64,000 nucleotides of DNA from Candidatus Hadarchaeota archaeon (GTDB lineage: Archaea; CAYQAE01; CAYVLA01): contig CAZUNO010000008.1 in assembly GCA_964621445.1 (NCBI GenBank), forward strand, positions 1 through 64,000, read 5' to 3'. Below, piece after piece: positions 46,848-55,893 of this stretch (positions are counted from its first letter, which is position 1; every line of letters starts with the position of its first letter). Position numbers and translations under genes: made by a program. The notes beneath the pieces were generated by a model that saw nothing but the letters and a program-made list of their open reading frames with translations, did not search any database and was not told where the DNA came from.

Positions 46848-49045
46848 TCATCGACCTCTTCTTCTAGTTCTTCCCTAGTGGATTCTCGTTCACCCTGTAC
46901 TTCATCTTCTCTTTCAGGCTCCGGTTCCTCCCGGGCTCGATCCATCCCCGGCTCCCATATCAGGAGAACGTAGGAGGTGACCAGAACGAATGCCCCTATA
47001 ACCAGGATCGAGATCATCCGGTAGGGATCTTCCGAGGAGTCAAATTCGGTGCGATCCTCGAGAACCGATAACAGTACGGAAACCTGCTCAGGATTCATGT
47101 ACTCGGATAGGTTGGCCGAGATGTATTCCAATGCCTGCTGCCTGAGGGTCTGGTTGTCCTCGATCATGGACTCGGAAACCACGTAAACCGCCGCGGTAAG
47201 GGGCGTATCTCCCCCGATACATCCGGCTGAGAGTGAGCGGTACAACATGGCCTTCTGGAAGTCCTCCCCCGCGCAGGCGTGATAGGCAGCATTCCCGAAG
47301 GCCTGGAACGCCTGGTTACCCTGGGTCCCGTTGATCTGCCCCATGTACACCAATCGCCAGGCAATGGAGTTGTAGATATTGGATATTTCAAGGTGCTGGG
47401 TTACATTTCGACGCATGGATGAACGTATGCTCTGCAGGATCTCATTTGCCTCGATATAGCGAGTATCAATGCTCTCACCGTAGGAGGAGGCCTGCATGAG
47501 AGTTTCGAGCAATTCTCCGTATACACGTCGACACCGGGGAGCGAATCCATCCTTGGGCAGAACCTCCTGCAACGCCCGACAGAAATCGTCAAAGAAAATT
47601 TCCCCGGCCGCCATTTCCGAAATTTCCAAGTCATTTCCTTCCCCCTCTGATCTAGAGGTTTGAAGATCGATAATCCCATTGAGTAGACCGTGTAGAGCCT
47701 TGTTTGGGGGATCCACGATGAGGATTTCCTCTGGGAATTGATCTAGAATGCCTTTCGCTTCTAGGGGTCGATTATTCATCACAAGGGCCGAGGCAAGTAG
47801 TAGGTTCTGGGATACCAGGGCCCTGTAATACAATCCCCTCTTGGATTTCCCCAGCACCTCCGGGGCGGCATCCAACATGATATCGTACCCTCCAAAACTT
47901 GGGGCACCGTGATAGCTCAGGTTCCCAAGATCTATTCCCATAAGGCTTCGTGCGGAATCGCGAGCCCAGTTGATCTGCCTGCCATGACCGAGTATCTCGA
48001 ACAGGTCAAGATAGTTGTAGCGTCTAAAAATCGGAACATTACGAAGCGAATTCATTGAGTTTGCGTATATCTCCTGCGCCCTCGTGTGGAAACCGGCCTT
48101 GTCATATGCCTTGGCTGCCTTCAGGTAGCTGAGATACTTGGTGAATTGCTGTTGGGAAGCTAGTTGCAGTGAGATGTTGGCAGATCGCTGGTAGCTTCTC
48201 TTAGAGGAGTTGAGGTCGCCCAATCTCCGATAAATCTCACCGGCCGAACTGAACATCTCCCTCGATTTTTCCTGAGATTGGCTCCCGGCATCCTGTAGGG
48301 CCTCAGCTGCCTGGAAGTAATAATCGGCAGCTTGTTTTAGCTTCGGGTTTTGGTTGGACCCGTTGAAGGCTGCTGTTATCCCTGCCAGCTCCAAACAACG
48401 GGCTTTGGTGGAAAGCTCGCCCAATATGGAGCCCAATTCCTCGGCTTGCCTGGAAAAGGACTCCGAGGCTAGTCCAAAGATATTGGAGGCCGTTGGTTCC
48501 TCAAGGGTGTACAGGATCATGGACGCATTGAGATACTTCTCTCCTGCCTCCTTCCATTCCCCCTCCAGCCGTAGACCATCGGCTTCCTGAACCAAACTTT
48601 TTGCCTGGTCAAGACACCGCTGTCGATATATTTGGGTCATCTGCAGGGATGCTTCCGAGAGGTTGCTGAAGTGAAGCAGATAGGTTGCTCTTCTAAGGTA
48701 TTTACCTGCCTGGGTGAATCCGCTTTCCCTTGCACCTTCCAGGTACCAATAGGCCGATGTATTGGTGTATTTAATGAAGAGAGCTTCATCATCCAGCCTG
48801 CCCTCCTGATAGCATCGAGCGAGGTCGGAGTAGATCTCCGCCCTCCTGATCACCTCCCCTGCTTCCCGAGCAAGCTCCGCGGCCAGGAGATATTTCTCGG
48901 CCGCTTTCCCGAAAGTACGGTTTGAGAACAGTCCTTGTGCCTCGGAAAGCACGCTTTGCCAGTCCTGGCCCGAAATACATGGAATGAGGATTATGATGGC
49001 CAGGAGGCAAAGAGAGGATTTGAGAGTGGGTTTTTGGTAATTCAT
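46838..49045 (-). CDS. Secreted/surface TPR (alpha-SNAP-like) solenoid protein with C-terminal TM anchor
   Basis: Signal peptide, repeated AA..Y..AA helices, about 12 NxS/T sequons, C-terminal TM and acidic tail. Confidence 0.75.
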   Translation of the reverse strand: MNYQKPTLKSSLCLLAIIILIPCISGQDWQSVLSEAQGLFSNRTFGKAAEKYLLAAELAREAGEVIRRAEIYSDLARCYQEGRLDDEALFIKYTNTSAYWYLEGARESGFTQAGKYLRRATYLLHFSNLSEASLQMTQIYRQRCLDQAKSLVQEADGLRLEGEWKEAGEKYLNASMILYTLEEPTASNIFGLASESFSRQAEELGSILGELSTKARCLELAGITAAFNGSNQNPKLKQAADYYFQAAEALQDAGSQSQEKSREMFSSAGEIYRRLGDLNSSKRSYQRSANISLQLASQQQFTKYLSYLKAAKAYDKAGFHTRAQEIYANSMNSLRNVPIFRRYNYLDLFEILGHGRQINWARDSARSLMGIDLGNLSYHGAPSFGGYDIMLDAAPEVLGKSKRGLYYRALVSQNLLLASALVMNNRPLEAKGILDQFPEEILIVDPPNKALHGLLNGIIDLQTSRSEGEGNDLEISEMAAGEIFFDDFCRALQEVLPKDGFAPRCRRVYGELLETLMQASSYGESIDTRYIEANEILQSIRSSMRRNVTQHLEISNIYNSIAWRLVYMGQINGTQGNQAFQAFGNAAYHACAGEDFQKAMLYRSLSAGCIGGDTPLTAAVYVVSESMIEDNQTLRQQALEYISANLSEYMNPEQVSVLLSVLEDRTEFDSSEDPYRMISILVIGAFVLVTSYVLLIWEPGMDRAREEPEPEREDEVQGERESTREELEEEVDDQG

Positions 49046-49063
49046 GGCCCTATCTCCTGAGGT

Positions 49064-50074
49064 TTACTGTGAGGAACTTCCAAGCCAGAAGAAGACTTCC
49101 TCGCCGGTGTCCAGTTGGGTGGCGATTTTGGTCCTATTTCCCTGGTCAAGAATCCGTTTTTCCTCGTCCGTAAGCTGAAATGAGACCAGGCAGGTTTTTT
49201 GCTGTTCCGGGTGGACGAAGATTTTTGTCTTGACCTTGGTTACATTCCCCTGTTCGTTCTGGAGGACCACCCTGGCGTCATATGTCTTGTTCCTGCCCAG
49301 GTTGTTCTCGATTACGAAGGAGTATCTAACAAGGTTTTTATATGGGTCATGCTTTCCCTCGATCCAGAAATATGCCTCTTTTCTCAGAGTTGATAGAAGG
49401 AAGATGGATATATTTTGGGCTCGCTCGATCTTCAAACCGTTTTCAGATACGAACCATGGCTTGAAATCTCCATTTGCATGGCTTTTAAATAGATATAGGG
49501 TGCGGTTGAATATCTCTTCCTTCAGGATTTTTCCATCAGCCCCTTCTAGGTTGATAACGCTTTGAGGTATGTCCTGTAAATCCGGCTCTTCGAGATCGAT
49601 TTTCTCTATCCTGGGGCTCAGGGTCCTGGGATACTCCCAGAAAAGAATTTGCCCCTCATTTTCATCTATGGCGTCAACGTATAACGCCACGGAATCCATG
49701 TAAAGGGTCTCTCCCTTCTTCGCCCAGAAGGGAATCCCCTTATCCGGCACATATAGGACCGTGGAAATCTCGGGAACTACATAGAAGGGCCGGCCCAGGA
49801 CCGTGCCGTTGAGGATTTTCGAATCCCCCACATCAAGAGTGTTCAGCAACTCTTCCAGATGCGGATTCTCCTCGGTAGCGTTGGTTAGGTTCAGCTTCCA
49901 GGGCTTAAGCCAGAGCTGGGTAAATTGCTCTTTCTCCCTTGGAGTGACCACTATCAGGGCGGCAACTATTATGATCCCTATCACGCAGGCAACTATTACT
50001 GCGTTGGTGACCAGCTGCTCCCGCGAATCATCTTCCTCATCCGAATTCAAGAGACCGGTCAAATCTCGAAGCAT
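49064..50074 (-). CDS. Membrane-anchored protein resembling the C-terminal half of DUF1616, with inserted domains
   Basis: One TM then EQFTQLW; IENNLGRNKTY..VVL; terminal VFFWL. Confidence 0.6.
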   Translation of the reverse strand: MLRDLTGLLNSDEEDDSREQLVTNAVIVACVIGIIIVAALIVVTPREKEQFTQLWLKPWKLNLTNATEENPHLEELLNTLDVGDSKILNGTVLGRPFYVVPEISTVLYVPDKGIPFWAKKGETLYMDSVALYVDAIDENEGQILFWEYPRTLSPRIEKIDLEEPDLQDIPQSVINLEGADGKILKEEIFNRTLYLFKSHANGDFKPWFVSENGLKIERAQNISIFLLSTLRKEAYFWIEGKHDPYKNLVRYSFVIENNLGRNKTYDARVVLQNEQGNVTKVKTKIFVHPEQQKTCLVSFQLTDEEKRILDQGNRTKIATQLDTGEEVFFWLGSSSQ

Positions 50075-50108
50075 TGTCTTATATCTGTTCTTTGCATTTA
50101 ACCGGTAA

Positions 50109-50564
50109 TCAGGGTATTCGCACCTCGCTCCATTGGACTTTTCCCTGTTTTACCAGATCCCGGATTTGCCTCTGCCTTTTATTAAGGCGGCTCTCCCCCG
50201 ATTTCACCTCCACCAGGATCACTCTCTTTACCGGGCTCCCCTCTCTTCGCCCTTTGGACAGACCGTCGAAGACCAGGTAATCAATTGGGCTACCGATCCA
50301 AACGGCATCATGGGGGTCGAAAGGGAAGCTGTCCATCAGGGGGGAGAACCTCTCCAGAACTCTGGCCGATAGGGTTCGTCCGCTCCTCTCGGCCGCATCC
50401 TTTCTCAGAAACTCCTCCCTTTCGCGGACCTTGCTCTCCACCTCCCTGTCGAACCTCTCCCTCCATAGACGGTTGAGGTTCTCGACCCTCGCGGATGAGA
50501 TCCTGTTGGCCAGGACGAATCCAATTAAAAGTCCGATTACGATTAATAGCGGATAGACAAACAT
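50109..50564 (-). CDS. Membrane-anchored Holliday-junction-resolvase-like PD-(D/E)xK nuclease (COG4741)
   Basis: N-terminal TM, coiled coil, IGSPIDYLVFDG, LVEVKSG.S.LN..Q. Confidence 0.85.
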   Translation of the reverse strand: MFVYPLLIVIGLLIGFVLANRISSARVENLNRLWRERFDREVESKVREREEFLRKDAAERSGRTLSARVLERFSPLMDSFPFDPHDAVWIGSPIDYLVFDGLSKGRREGSPVKRVILVEVKSGESRLNKRQRQIRDLVKQGKVQWSEVRIP

Positions 50565-50586
50565 CTGAAAATCGACGATCAAGGTG

Positions 50587-51873
50587 CTACTTCCTCTCGA
50601 TGGTTTCCATTTCCGGAAGGTACTCATGAAGGGCATCCGGAATTACAATTCTACCGTCCGATATCTGATAGTTCTCCATAATCGCGATTAGCGTTCTGGT
50701 GCTGGCCAGAGCGGTGCTATTTAGGGTGTGGACGAACCGTGTGGGTTCTCCTGGGGCCTCGCGGCATCTTATGCCAAGGCGCCTGGCCTGGTAGTCTGTA
50801 CAGTTGCTGCAGGATACGGATTCCCTGTATTTTTCCTGGCCGGGAAGCCAGATCTCGATATCGTATTTTTTTGCCGCCACTAGCCCTAGTTCCCCTGAAC
50901 AGACATTCACCACCCGGTATGGCAGCTTGAGCTTCTTTACCATACATTCGGCGAGGGAAATCATCTCCTCATGTAGCTCCCATGAATCCTCGGGTTTCGA
51001 GAAAAGGAACATCTCCACCTTTTCAAACTGATGTACGCGAAAGATACCCTTGGTATCCCTCCCGTGACTCCCGACCTCGGTCCGGAAACATGGCGATATA
51101 CCGGTGTATTTCTTGGGGAGATCCTTCTCCTCGAGTATTTCCTGGAAATGGAGGGCCGAAAGCGCTTGTTCGGATGTCCCCACTGCAAATAGGTTCTCGT
51201 CCTCTATCTTGTAGATATCCTCGCGTCCCTCGGGAAGGTATCCGGCACCCTGCATTATCTCCTCCCTTATCATTGCCGGCGGGTATATGGGGACGAACCC
51301 CGCATCCACCATGTGGTCGATGGCGAAGCGCATGAGGGCCATCTGAACAAGGACAGCTTCATTCTTGAGGTAATACCACCTGGCACCCGAGGCCGAGGCC
51401 GCCTTCTCCAGGTCGAATAGATCTAGATCGGATCCCAGGTCTATGTGGTCCTTGACCGGGAAGGCGAAATCGGGTATTTGGCCACATTTCCTGAACACTT
51501 CATTCTCCTCTTCCGAGTTTCCCCTGGGGACCGTTTCATGGGCGATATTCGGGAGCAGGAGCATTTGCTTATCTATCGTCTCTCTGTATGACTTTACCTT
51601 CTCCTCGAGCTGGCCTATGCTCTGGCTTAGGTCACGGCTTTTCTGGATCTCCTCTTTGGCGTCCTTTCCTCCGGTTTTCAGTTCCCTTATACTGTTATCG
51701 AGAAGGTTCTTCTCGTGCCTCAGCCGGTTAAGACGATCAAGATCCTTTCTCCATTTCTCATCAGTTTTTTTAACGGATTCCAAGATGCGAATTTTTTCTT
51801 CTTCTTGAAATCTTTTTTTAATATTATTTCTTATTACATCGGTTTTATCCCTTATGAGTTTTATATCTATCAT
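50587..51873 (-). CDS. serS: Seryl-tRNA synthetase (standard type)
   Basis: MIDIKLIR, coiled-coil arm, GTSEQ, CFRTEVG..RVHQFEKVE, SCSNCTDYQ, HTLNST. Confidence 0.96.
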   Translation of the reverse strand: MIDIKLIRDKTDVIRNNIKKRFQEEEKIRILESVKKTDEKWRKDLDRLNRLRHEKNLLDNSIRELKTGGKDAKEEIQKSRDLSQSIGQLEEKVKSYRETIDKQMLLLPNIAHETVPRGNSEEENEVFRKCGQIPDFAFPVKDHIDLGSDLDLFDLEKAASASGARWYYLKNEAVLVQMALMRFAIDHMVDAGFVPIYPPAMIREEIMQGAGYLPEGREDIYKIEDENLFAVGTSEQALSALHFQEILEEKDLPKKYTGISPCFRTEVGSHGRDTKGIFRVHQFEKVEMFLFSKPEDSWELHEEMISLAECMVKKLKLPYRVVNVCSGELGLVAAKKYDIEIWLPGQEKYRESVSCSNCTDYQARRLGIRCREAPGEPTRFVHTLNSTALASTRTLIAIMENYQISDGRIVIPDALHEYLPEMETIERK

Positions 51874-51995
51874 GAAGTTATTTCTCCCTTACCAGCTATT
51901 ATGTGTTACCGCGGCCCTGACACCAGTAAAGATTGGACCCGCCGAAAATAGGGTTTTTAAGGTGTCGGTTTCTTCTATCTGAGCGGAGGATATTC

Positions 51996-52376
51996 TTGGT
52001 CCAGATAGTAATAGAGTGCGAGGATTTCGGCAGTATCGAAGGTGAGATACTAACCGACAGGAACCCGAAAACGGCCCAGAAGATACTTGACGCTTTGCCA
52101 ATAGAGAGCGGGGGAAGCCGCTGGGGGCAGGAGATATACTTCTCAATACCCGTGAAACAGGGAGAGGAAGATTCACAGGAAGTTGTAGAGAAGGGTGACC
52201 TTGCCTATTGGCCACCCGGCAATGCGTTTTGCATCTTCTGGGGAAGGACGCCTGCCTCGACCGGGGATGAGATCAGACCGGCCAGTGCGGTGAACGTTTT
52301 CGGACGTTTAACGGGCGATCTATCCAAGCTCGATGATTTTTCCTCGGGATCAAATGTTACCGTGGACAAGGCCTGA
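51996..52376 (+). CDS. Cyclophilin-like fold protein (DUF369/TM1367 family)
   Basis: RWGQEIYF, GDLAYWPPGNAFCIFWG.TP, PASAVN; TTG 51996 with GGAGG SD. Confidence 0.88.
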   Translation: MVQIVIECEDFGSIEGEILTDRNPKTAQKILDALPIESGGSRWGQEIYFSIPVKQGEEDSQEVVEKGDLAYWPPGNAFCIFWGRTPASTGDEIRPASAVNVFGRLTGDLSKLDDFSSGSNVTVDKA

Positions 52377-52390
52377 CCCAAGACCTGGGA

Positions 52391-52933
52391 TCAGTCCTCA
52401 AGCTTGGCCTGCTTGCCCCTTCTACCCCTCTCGAGCACGTCTTCCCCGAGATAGAGTCCCGAGTAGGCGGATTGACCACCGGTTACCGGTAGAAATACCA
52501 TCTGGCCTATTCGAGCATTTTCGTAAATCCGGGTTCTCCTGGTAACCACCACGTGCATGAAGGACCTACCCTGGTATCCAGGATCCCACAGCGCGGTGTG
52601 AACTTCCATTCCACAGGCCAAGGCGCTACTCCTAGGCAGGAGGAGCCCGCATAAATCCAGGGGGATGTTAATCCTCTCGTTCATGGCAAAGTGATAGGTG
52701 TCGGGCTCCAGTTCCCAGGATTCCTCGTCGGAAGGGATGTCCTGGTACTGGCAAAGTTCTCTCTTGCTGTTATCGAAGTCAAGGGCACCCTGGCCTGAGA
52801 GGCGGTAGACCTTGCCCACGGTGAGGTCCACTCCTGCCTGCTGTATCTGCTTCCTGGATACTAAATTCTCAACCAGGCCCTCTTCCTGGATACGTCTGAT
52901 TATCTCTCTTCTTCCGATCATCATGTCCTCCAA
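52391..52933 (-). CDS. dut: Trimeric dUTPase (dCTP deaminase/dUTPase superfamily)
   Basis: GVDLT, PRSS, TALWDPGYQG, RIGQMVF, YSG.Y; lacks the deaminase Glu after DPG. Confidence 0.8.
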   Translation of the reverse strand: MEDMMIGRREIIRRIQEEGLVENLVSRKQIQQAGVDLTVGKVYRLSGQGALDFDNSKRELCQYQDIPSDEESWELEPDTYHFAMNERINIPLDLCGLLLPRSSALACGMEVHTALWDPGYQGRSFMHVVVTRRTRIYENARIGQMVFLPVTGGQSAYSGLYLGEDVLERGRRGKQAKLED

Positions 52934-53004
52934 TTAACGGTTGATTGGTTGAGATATCTTTGGTCGGAAATGAAATGTGACAATAAAGGCCTATATAATT
53001 CTCT

Positions 53005-53021
53005 GAGAAAACGTTTTTAAA
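53005..53021 (+). promoter_or_regulatory. BRE-TATA promoter of the ribosomal protein operon
   Basis: GAGAAAACG-TTTTTAAA about 95 nt upstream of rpl3. Confidence 0.6.
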
Positions 53022-53039
53022 CTCTGTGGGATACCTCTT

Positions 53040-53090
53040 GAATGAAAACCGGGTAGTAGGTATGCTCGGCTTTCCTTCTTCGATTCATTC
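53040..53090 (+). promoter_or_regulatory. Candidate structured ribosomal-protein leader
   Basis: GAATGAA/TTCATTC outer stem and CCGGGTA/TGCTCGG inner stem beginning at the predicted TSS. Confidence 0.4.
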
Positions 53091-53114
53091 GCACTTTAAT
53101 CGGAGGATCATCTA

Positions 53115-54122
53115 ATGCCCGATAAGAGAAGACCCAGAAAGGGATCACTGGCCTATCACCCTCATTCAAGGGCTAGTAGTCACTGTGGCAGAGTTAGATC
53201 TTGGCCCATGAGGGACGAGGTTGGTCCTCTTGGGTTCCCTGGATACAAGGCAGGTATGACCCATATTCACATGATAGAGGATCGTCCCAACGCCCCGGAA
53301 AAGGGAAGAGAGGTATCCAGAGCTGCAACGGTAATAGATTGTCCGGATCTTATTGTTTTCGGTCTGAGGCTCTATTCCGAGAATGAATATGGCAAATATG
53401 CAGAGACCGAGGTCTGGGCCGGTGACCTTGATAAGTCCCTCTCCAGGCGTATAAGACGGTTGCCGAAGGAGAACGACCCCCAGAAGGCTCTTGCAGAGAT
53501 GGAGGAGATGGTAGATAGTGATGAGGCCTCTGACCTGACTCTACTGATTCACACCGCGCCCCGTCAAACGGGAATAAAGAAGAAACCCGATATAGCCGAA
53601 ATTGGCCTTGGCGGGGAGACGGTTCGTCAGAAATTCGATTACGCGAAAGAGAAGCCTGGTGAGACAATCCCGGTTCCCGATGTGTTCAGGGCCGGCGAAC
53701 TGGTTGACGTTACCGCGGTTACCAAGGGAAAGGGATTCACGGGGCCGGTTAAGCGTTGGGGTATTAAGCTAAGAGATAGAAAGACAAATGATGCTCGTAG
53801 AAATCCCGGGTCTCTGGGCCCCTGGCACCCCCACCAGATAATGTGGACCGTTCCCCTGGCAGGCAGCGGTGGATATAATCAGAGGACCGAGTTCAACAAG
53901 AGAATCGTCAAGATAGGGGGCCCCGATGACCCTTGTACGCCGAACAGTGGTTTCCTCAGGTATGGAGAGGTATCCAATAACTACATCATACTGCTGGGAT
54001 CAGTTCCTGGTCCCTCCAAGAGGCTTATCAATTTGAGAAAATCCATGAGGCCCAAAGGTGAGATGCCAAAGGAGCCTCCAACTCTGACCGCCGTATCAAC
54101 GGCCTCCGCGCAGGGGAAGTGA
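53115..54122 (+). CDS. rpl3: 50S ribosomal protein uL3
   Basis: RPRKGSL, GYKAGMTH, TKGKGFTGPVKRWG, RTEFNKRI. Confidence 0.97.
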   Translation: MPDKRRPRKGSLAYHPHSRASSHCGRVRSWPMRDEVGPLGFPGYKAGMTHIHMIEDRPNAPEKGREVSRAATVIDCPDLIVFGLRLYSENEYGKYAETEVWAGDLDKSLSRRIRRLPKENDPQKALAEMEEMVDSDEASDLTLLIHTAPRQTGIKKKPDIAEIGLGGETVRQKFDYAKEKPGETIPVPDVFRAGELVDVTAVTKGKGFTGPVKRWGIKLRDRKTNDARRNPGSLGPWHPHQIMWTVPLAGSGGYNQRTEFNKRIVKIGGPDDPCTPNSGFLRYGEVSNNYIILLGSVPGPSKRLINLRKSMRPKGEMPKEPPTLTAVSTASAQGK

Positions 54123-54126
54123 GATC

Positions 54127-54891
54127 ATGAAAGTCAGCATTATCTCCACGGATGGGTCCAAGGAGGGAGATTACGAGCTGCCCTCCGTATTTGAATCTGT
54201 TGTCAGGGACGACGTGATAAAGCGGGCCGTGGTGGCTTCCCAGTCAGCCAGATATCAACCCAAGAGCCCCTACAAACTTGCGGGAGAACAGACCAGCGCC
54301 GAATCCATAGGAAAGGGTAGAGGACGCGCCCGATTTAGAAGAACCAAAAGCGGGCGAAGCGTGGGGGCCTTCGTGACCCAGGCAGTGGGCGGTCACAAGG
54401 TCCATGCTCCAAAGAGCGAGAAAAAGATGGCCAAGAAGATAAACAGGAAGGAACGAAAACTGGCCATCAGATCTGCAATTGCGGCCACTACCTCACCGGA
54501 CCTGGTTAGCGGAAGGGGCCATAGAATCGATGGAATTGATCTCCCAATAGTGGTCCCGGATAAATTTCAGGATGTATCGACCGCTGCAGAGGCCAAAGAA
54601 ACACTGGGTAAGATTGGATTGCAATTGGAAATGGAGAGGCTGGAGGGGTCGAGGAAACAGAGGGCCGGTAAGGGCAAGCTCAGGGGGAGGAGGATCAGGA
54701 CCCCCAAGGGACCGCTATTCGTGGTGGATTCCTTCACTCCCGTGGAAAATGCATTGTCCAATTTCCCTGGAGTTGATGTCACTAGGGCTAATCAGATCAA
54801 TGTGGAGGCCCTGGCCCCAGGAGGGGTCCCGGGCCGCCTGTCTGTATGGACCGTGACCGCGCTTGAGGAAGTAAAGAGGATCTACGGGTGA
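54127..54891 (+). CDS. rpl4: 50S ribosomal protein uL4
   Basis: TSAES, KKINRKER, RAGKGKLRGR, LAPGG.PGRL. Confidence 0.97.
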   Translation: MKVSIISTDGSKEGDYELPSVFESVVRDDVIKRAVVASQSARYQPKSPYKLAGEQTSAESIGKGRGRARFRRTKSGRSVGAFVTQAVGGHKVHAPKSEKKMAKKINRKERKLAIRSAIAATTSPDLVSGRGHRIDGIDLPIVVPDKFQDVSTAAEAKETLGKIGLQLEMERLEGSRKQRAGKGKLRGRRIRTPKGPLFVVDSFTPVENALSNFPGVDVTRANQINVEALAPGGVPGRLSVWTVTALEEVKRIYG

Positions 54892-54895
54892 TTAA

Positions 54896-55156
54896 ATGGA
54901 GCCCAGAAATATCATTCTAAATCCAGTTTCAGGGGACAAGGCGTTCAGACGAATGGAGCTTGAGAATAAGCTCGTATTCATAGTCGATCAATTCGCCAAT
55001 AAGAGAACCATTGCCAAGTGCATAGAGGAACTGTACGATGTTAAGGTAGCCAAGGTAAACGTCATGAATACGATACATGGAACCAAGAAGGCCTACGTTC
55101 AGCTGGCTCCGGAGTACAGTGCCGAGGAGATCGCGACAAGATTGGGTGTGTTATAA
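54896..55156 (+). CDS. rpl23: 50S ribosomal protein uL23
   Basis: ENKLVFIVD, KVNVMNT, KKAYVQL. Confidence 0.96.
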   Translation: MEPRNIILNPVSGDKAFRRMELENKLVFIVDQFANKRTIAKCIEELYDVKVAKVNVMNTIHGTKKAYVQLAPEYSAEEIATRLGVL

Positions 55157-55893
55157 TGGGCAAAAGGCTAATATCTCAAAGAAGAGGTCGAGGTTCTCCC
55201 ACCTACAGGTCACTCACTTTCAAGTCGAAGGGTGAAGTTAGCTATCCCGAATTTGGGTCCGAAAACGAGGCTCGGGTCATGGAGTTGCTTCACGATCCAG
55301 CAAGATCCGGATTGGTGGCCAGGGTGAGGTTCGGGGACGGTTCAGAGCGCCTTATTTTGGCCCCCGAGGGAATAAAGGTGGGTCAGACCCTGAATCTTGG
55401 TACATCTGCTCCCGTCAAGCCCGGAAATACACTTTGTCTGGCCGAGATTCCGGAAGGGACCCTCATATCGGGGATAGAGACCAAGCCCGGGTCGGGACCC
55501 AAGCTGGTACGAGCTGGCGGTTGTTACGCTTCCTTGATATCTCACGACGTGGGAAGCACGACGGTTCAGATGCCGTCGGGTGAATTCAAGATACTGAATC
55601 CCAAATGTAGAGGCACCGTGGGAGTTGTGGCCGGCGGGGGGAGGAAGGAAAAACCGTTTCTGAAAGCCGGGAAGAAGTACAAGCACCGGAAGGCATCAAA
55701 TAAGCTATATCCGAGAGTTAGGGGCGTTGCCATGAACGCGGTGGATCACCCGCACGGCGGAGGGGGCCACCAGCACCTGGGAAGGCCTTCTTCAGTAGGA
55801 AGGAACACACCTCCCGGGAGGAAAGTTGGTCATATTGCAGCCAGACGGACGGGCTTGTCTAAGAGGAGAATAACGAAGAAGGAGCGGAAGTGA
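55156..55893 (+). CDS. rpl2: 50S ribosomal protein uL2
   Basis: MGKRLISQRRG, HDPAR, VRGVAMNAVDHPHGGG. Confidence 0.97.
   Translation: MGKRLISQRRGRGSPTYRSLTFKSKGEVSYPEFGSENEARVMELLHDPARSGLVARVRFGDGSERLILAPEGIKVGQTLNLGTSAPVKPGNTLCLAEIPEGTLISGIETKPGSGPKLVRAGGCYASLISHDVGSTTVQMPSGEFKILNPKCRGTVGVVAGGGRKEKPFLKAGKKYKHRKASNKLYPRVRGVAMNAVDHPHGGGGHQHLGRPSSVGRNTPPGRKVGHIAARRTGLSKRRITKKERK

Noticed and set aside
46838-49045. True alpha-SNAP (eukaryotic signature protein) orthologue
   Set aside because: Signal peptide, sequons and C-terminal TM imply an extracellular location; the similarity is generic helical-repeat resemblance and no NSF or SNARE context is present.
51917-51968. GACACC/GGTGTC inverted repeat between serS and the cyclophilin-like gene as a serS leader RNA
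   Set aside because: The stem is short and spans the divergent TATA (TTTTTAAG), so it is unlikely to be transcribed whole; no T-box features.
52391-52933. dCTP deaminase
   Set aside because: The catalytic Glu expected after the DPG motif is absent, the WDPGY pattern matches archaeal dUTPases, and a separate dCMP deaminase is present.
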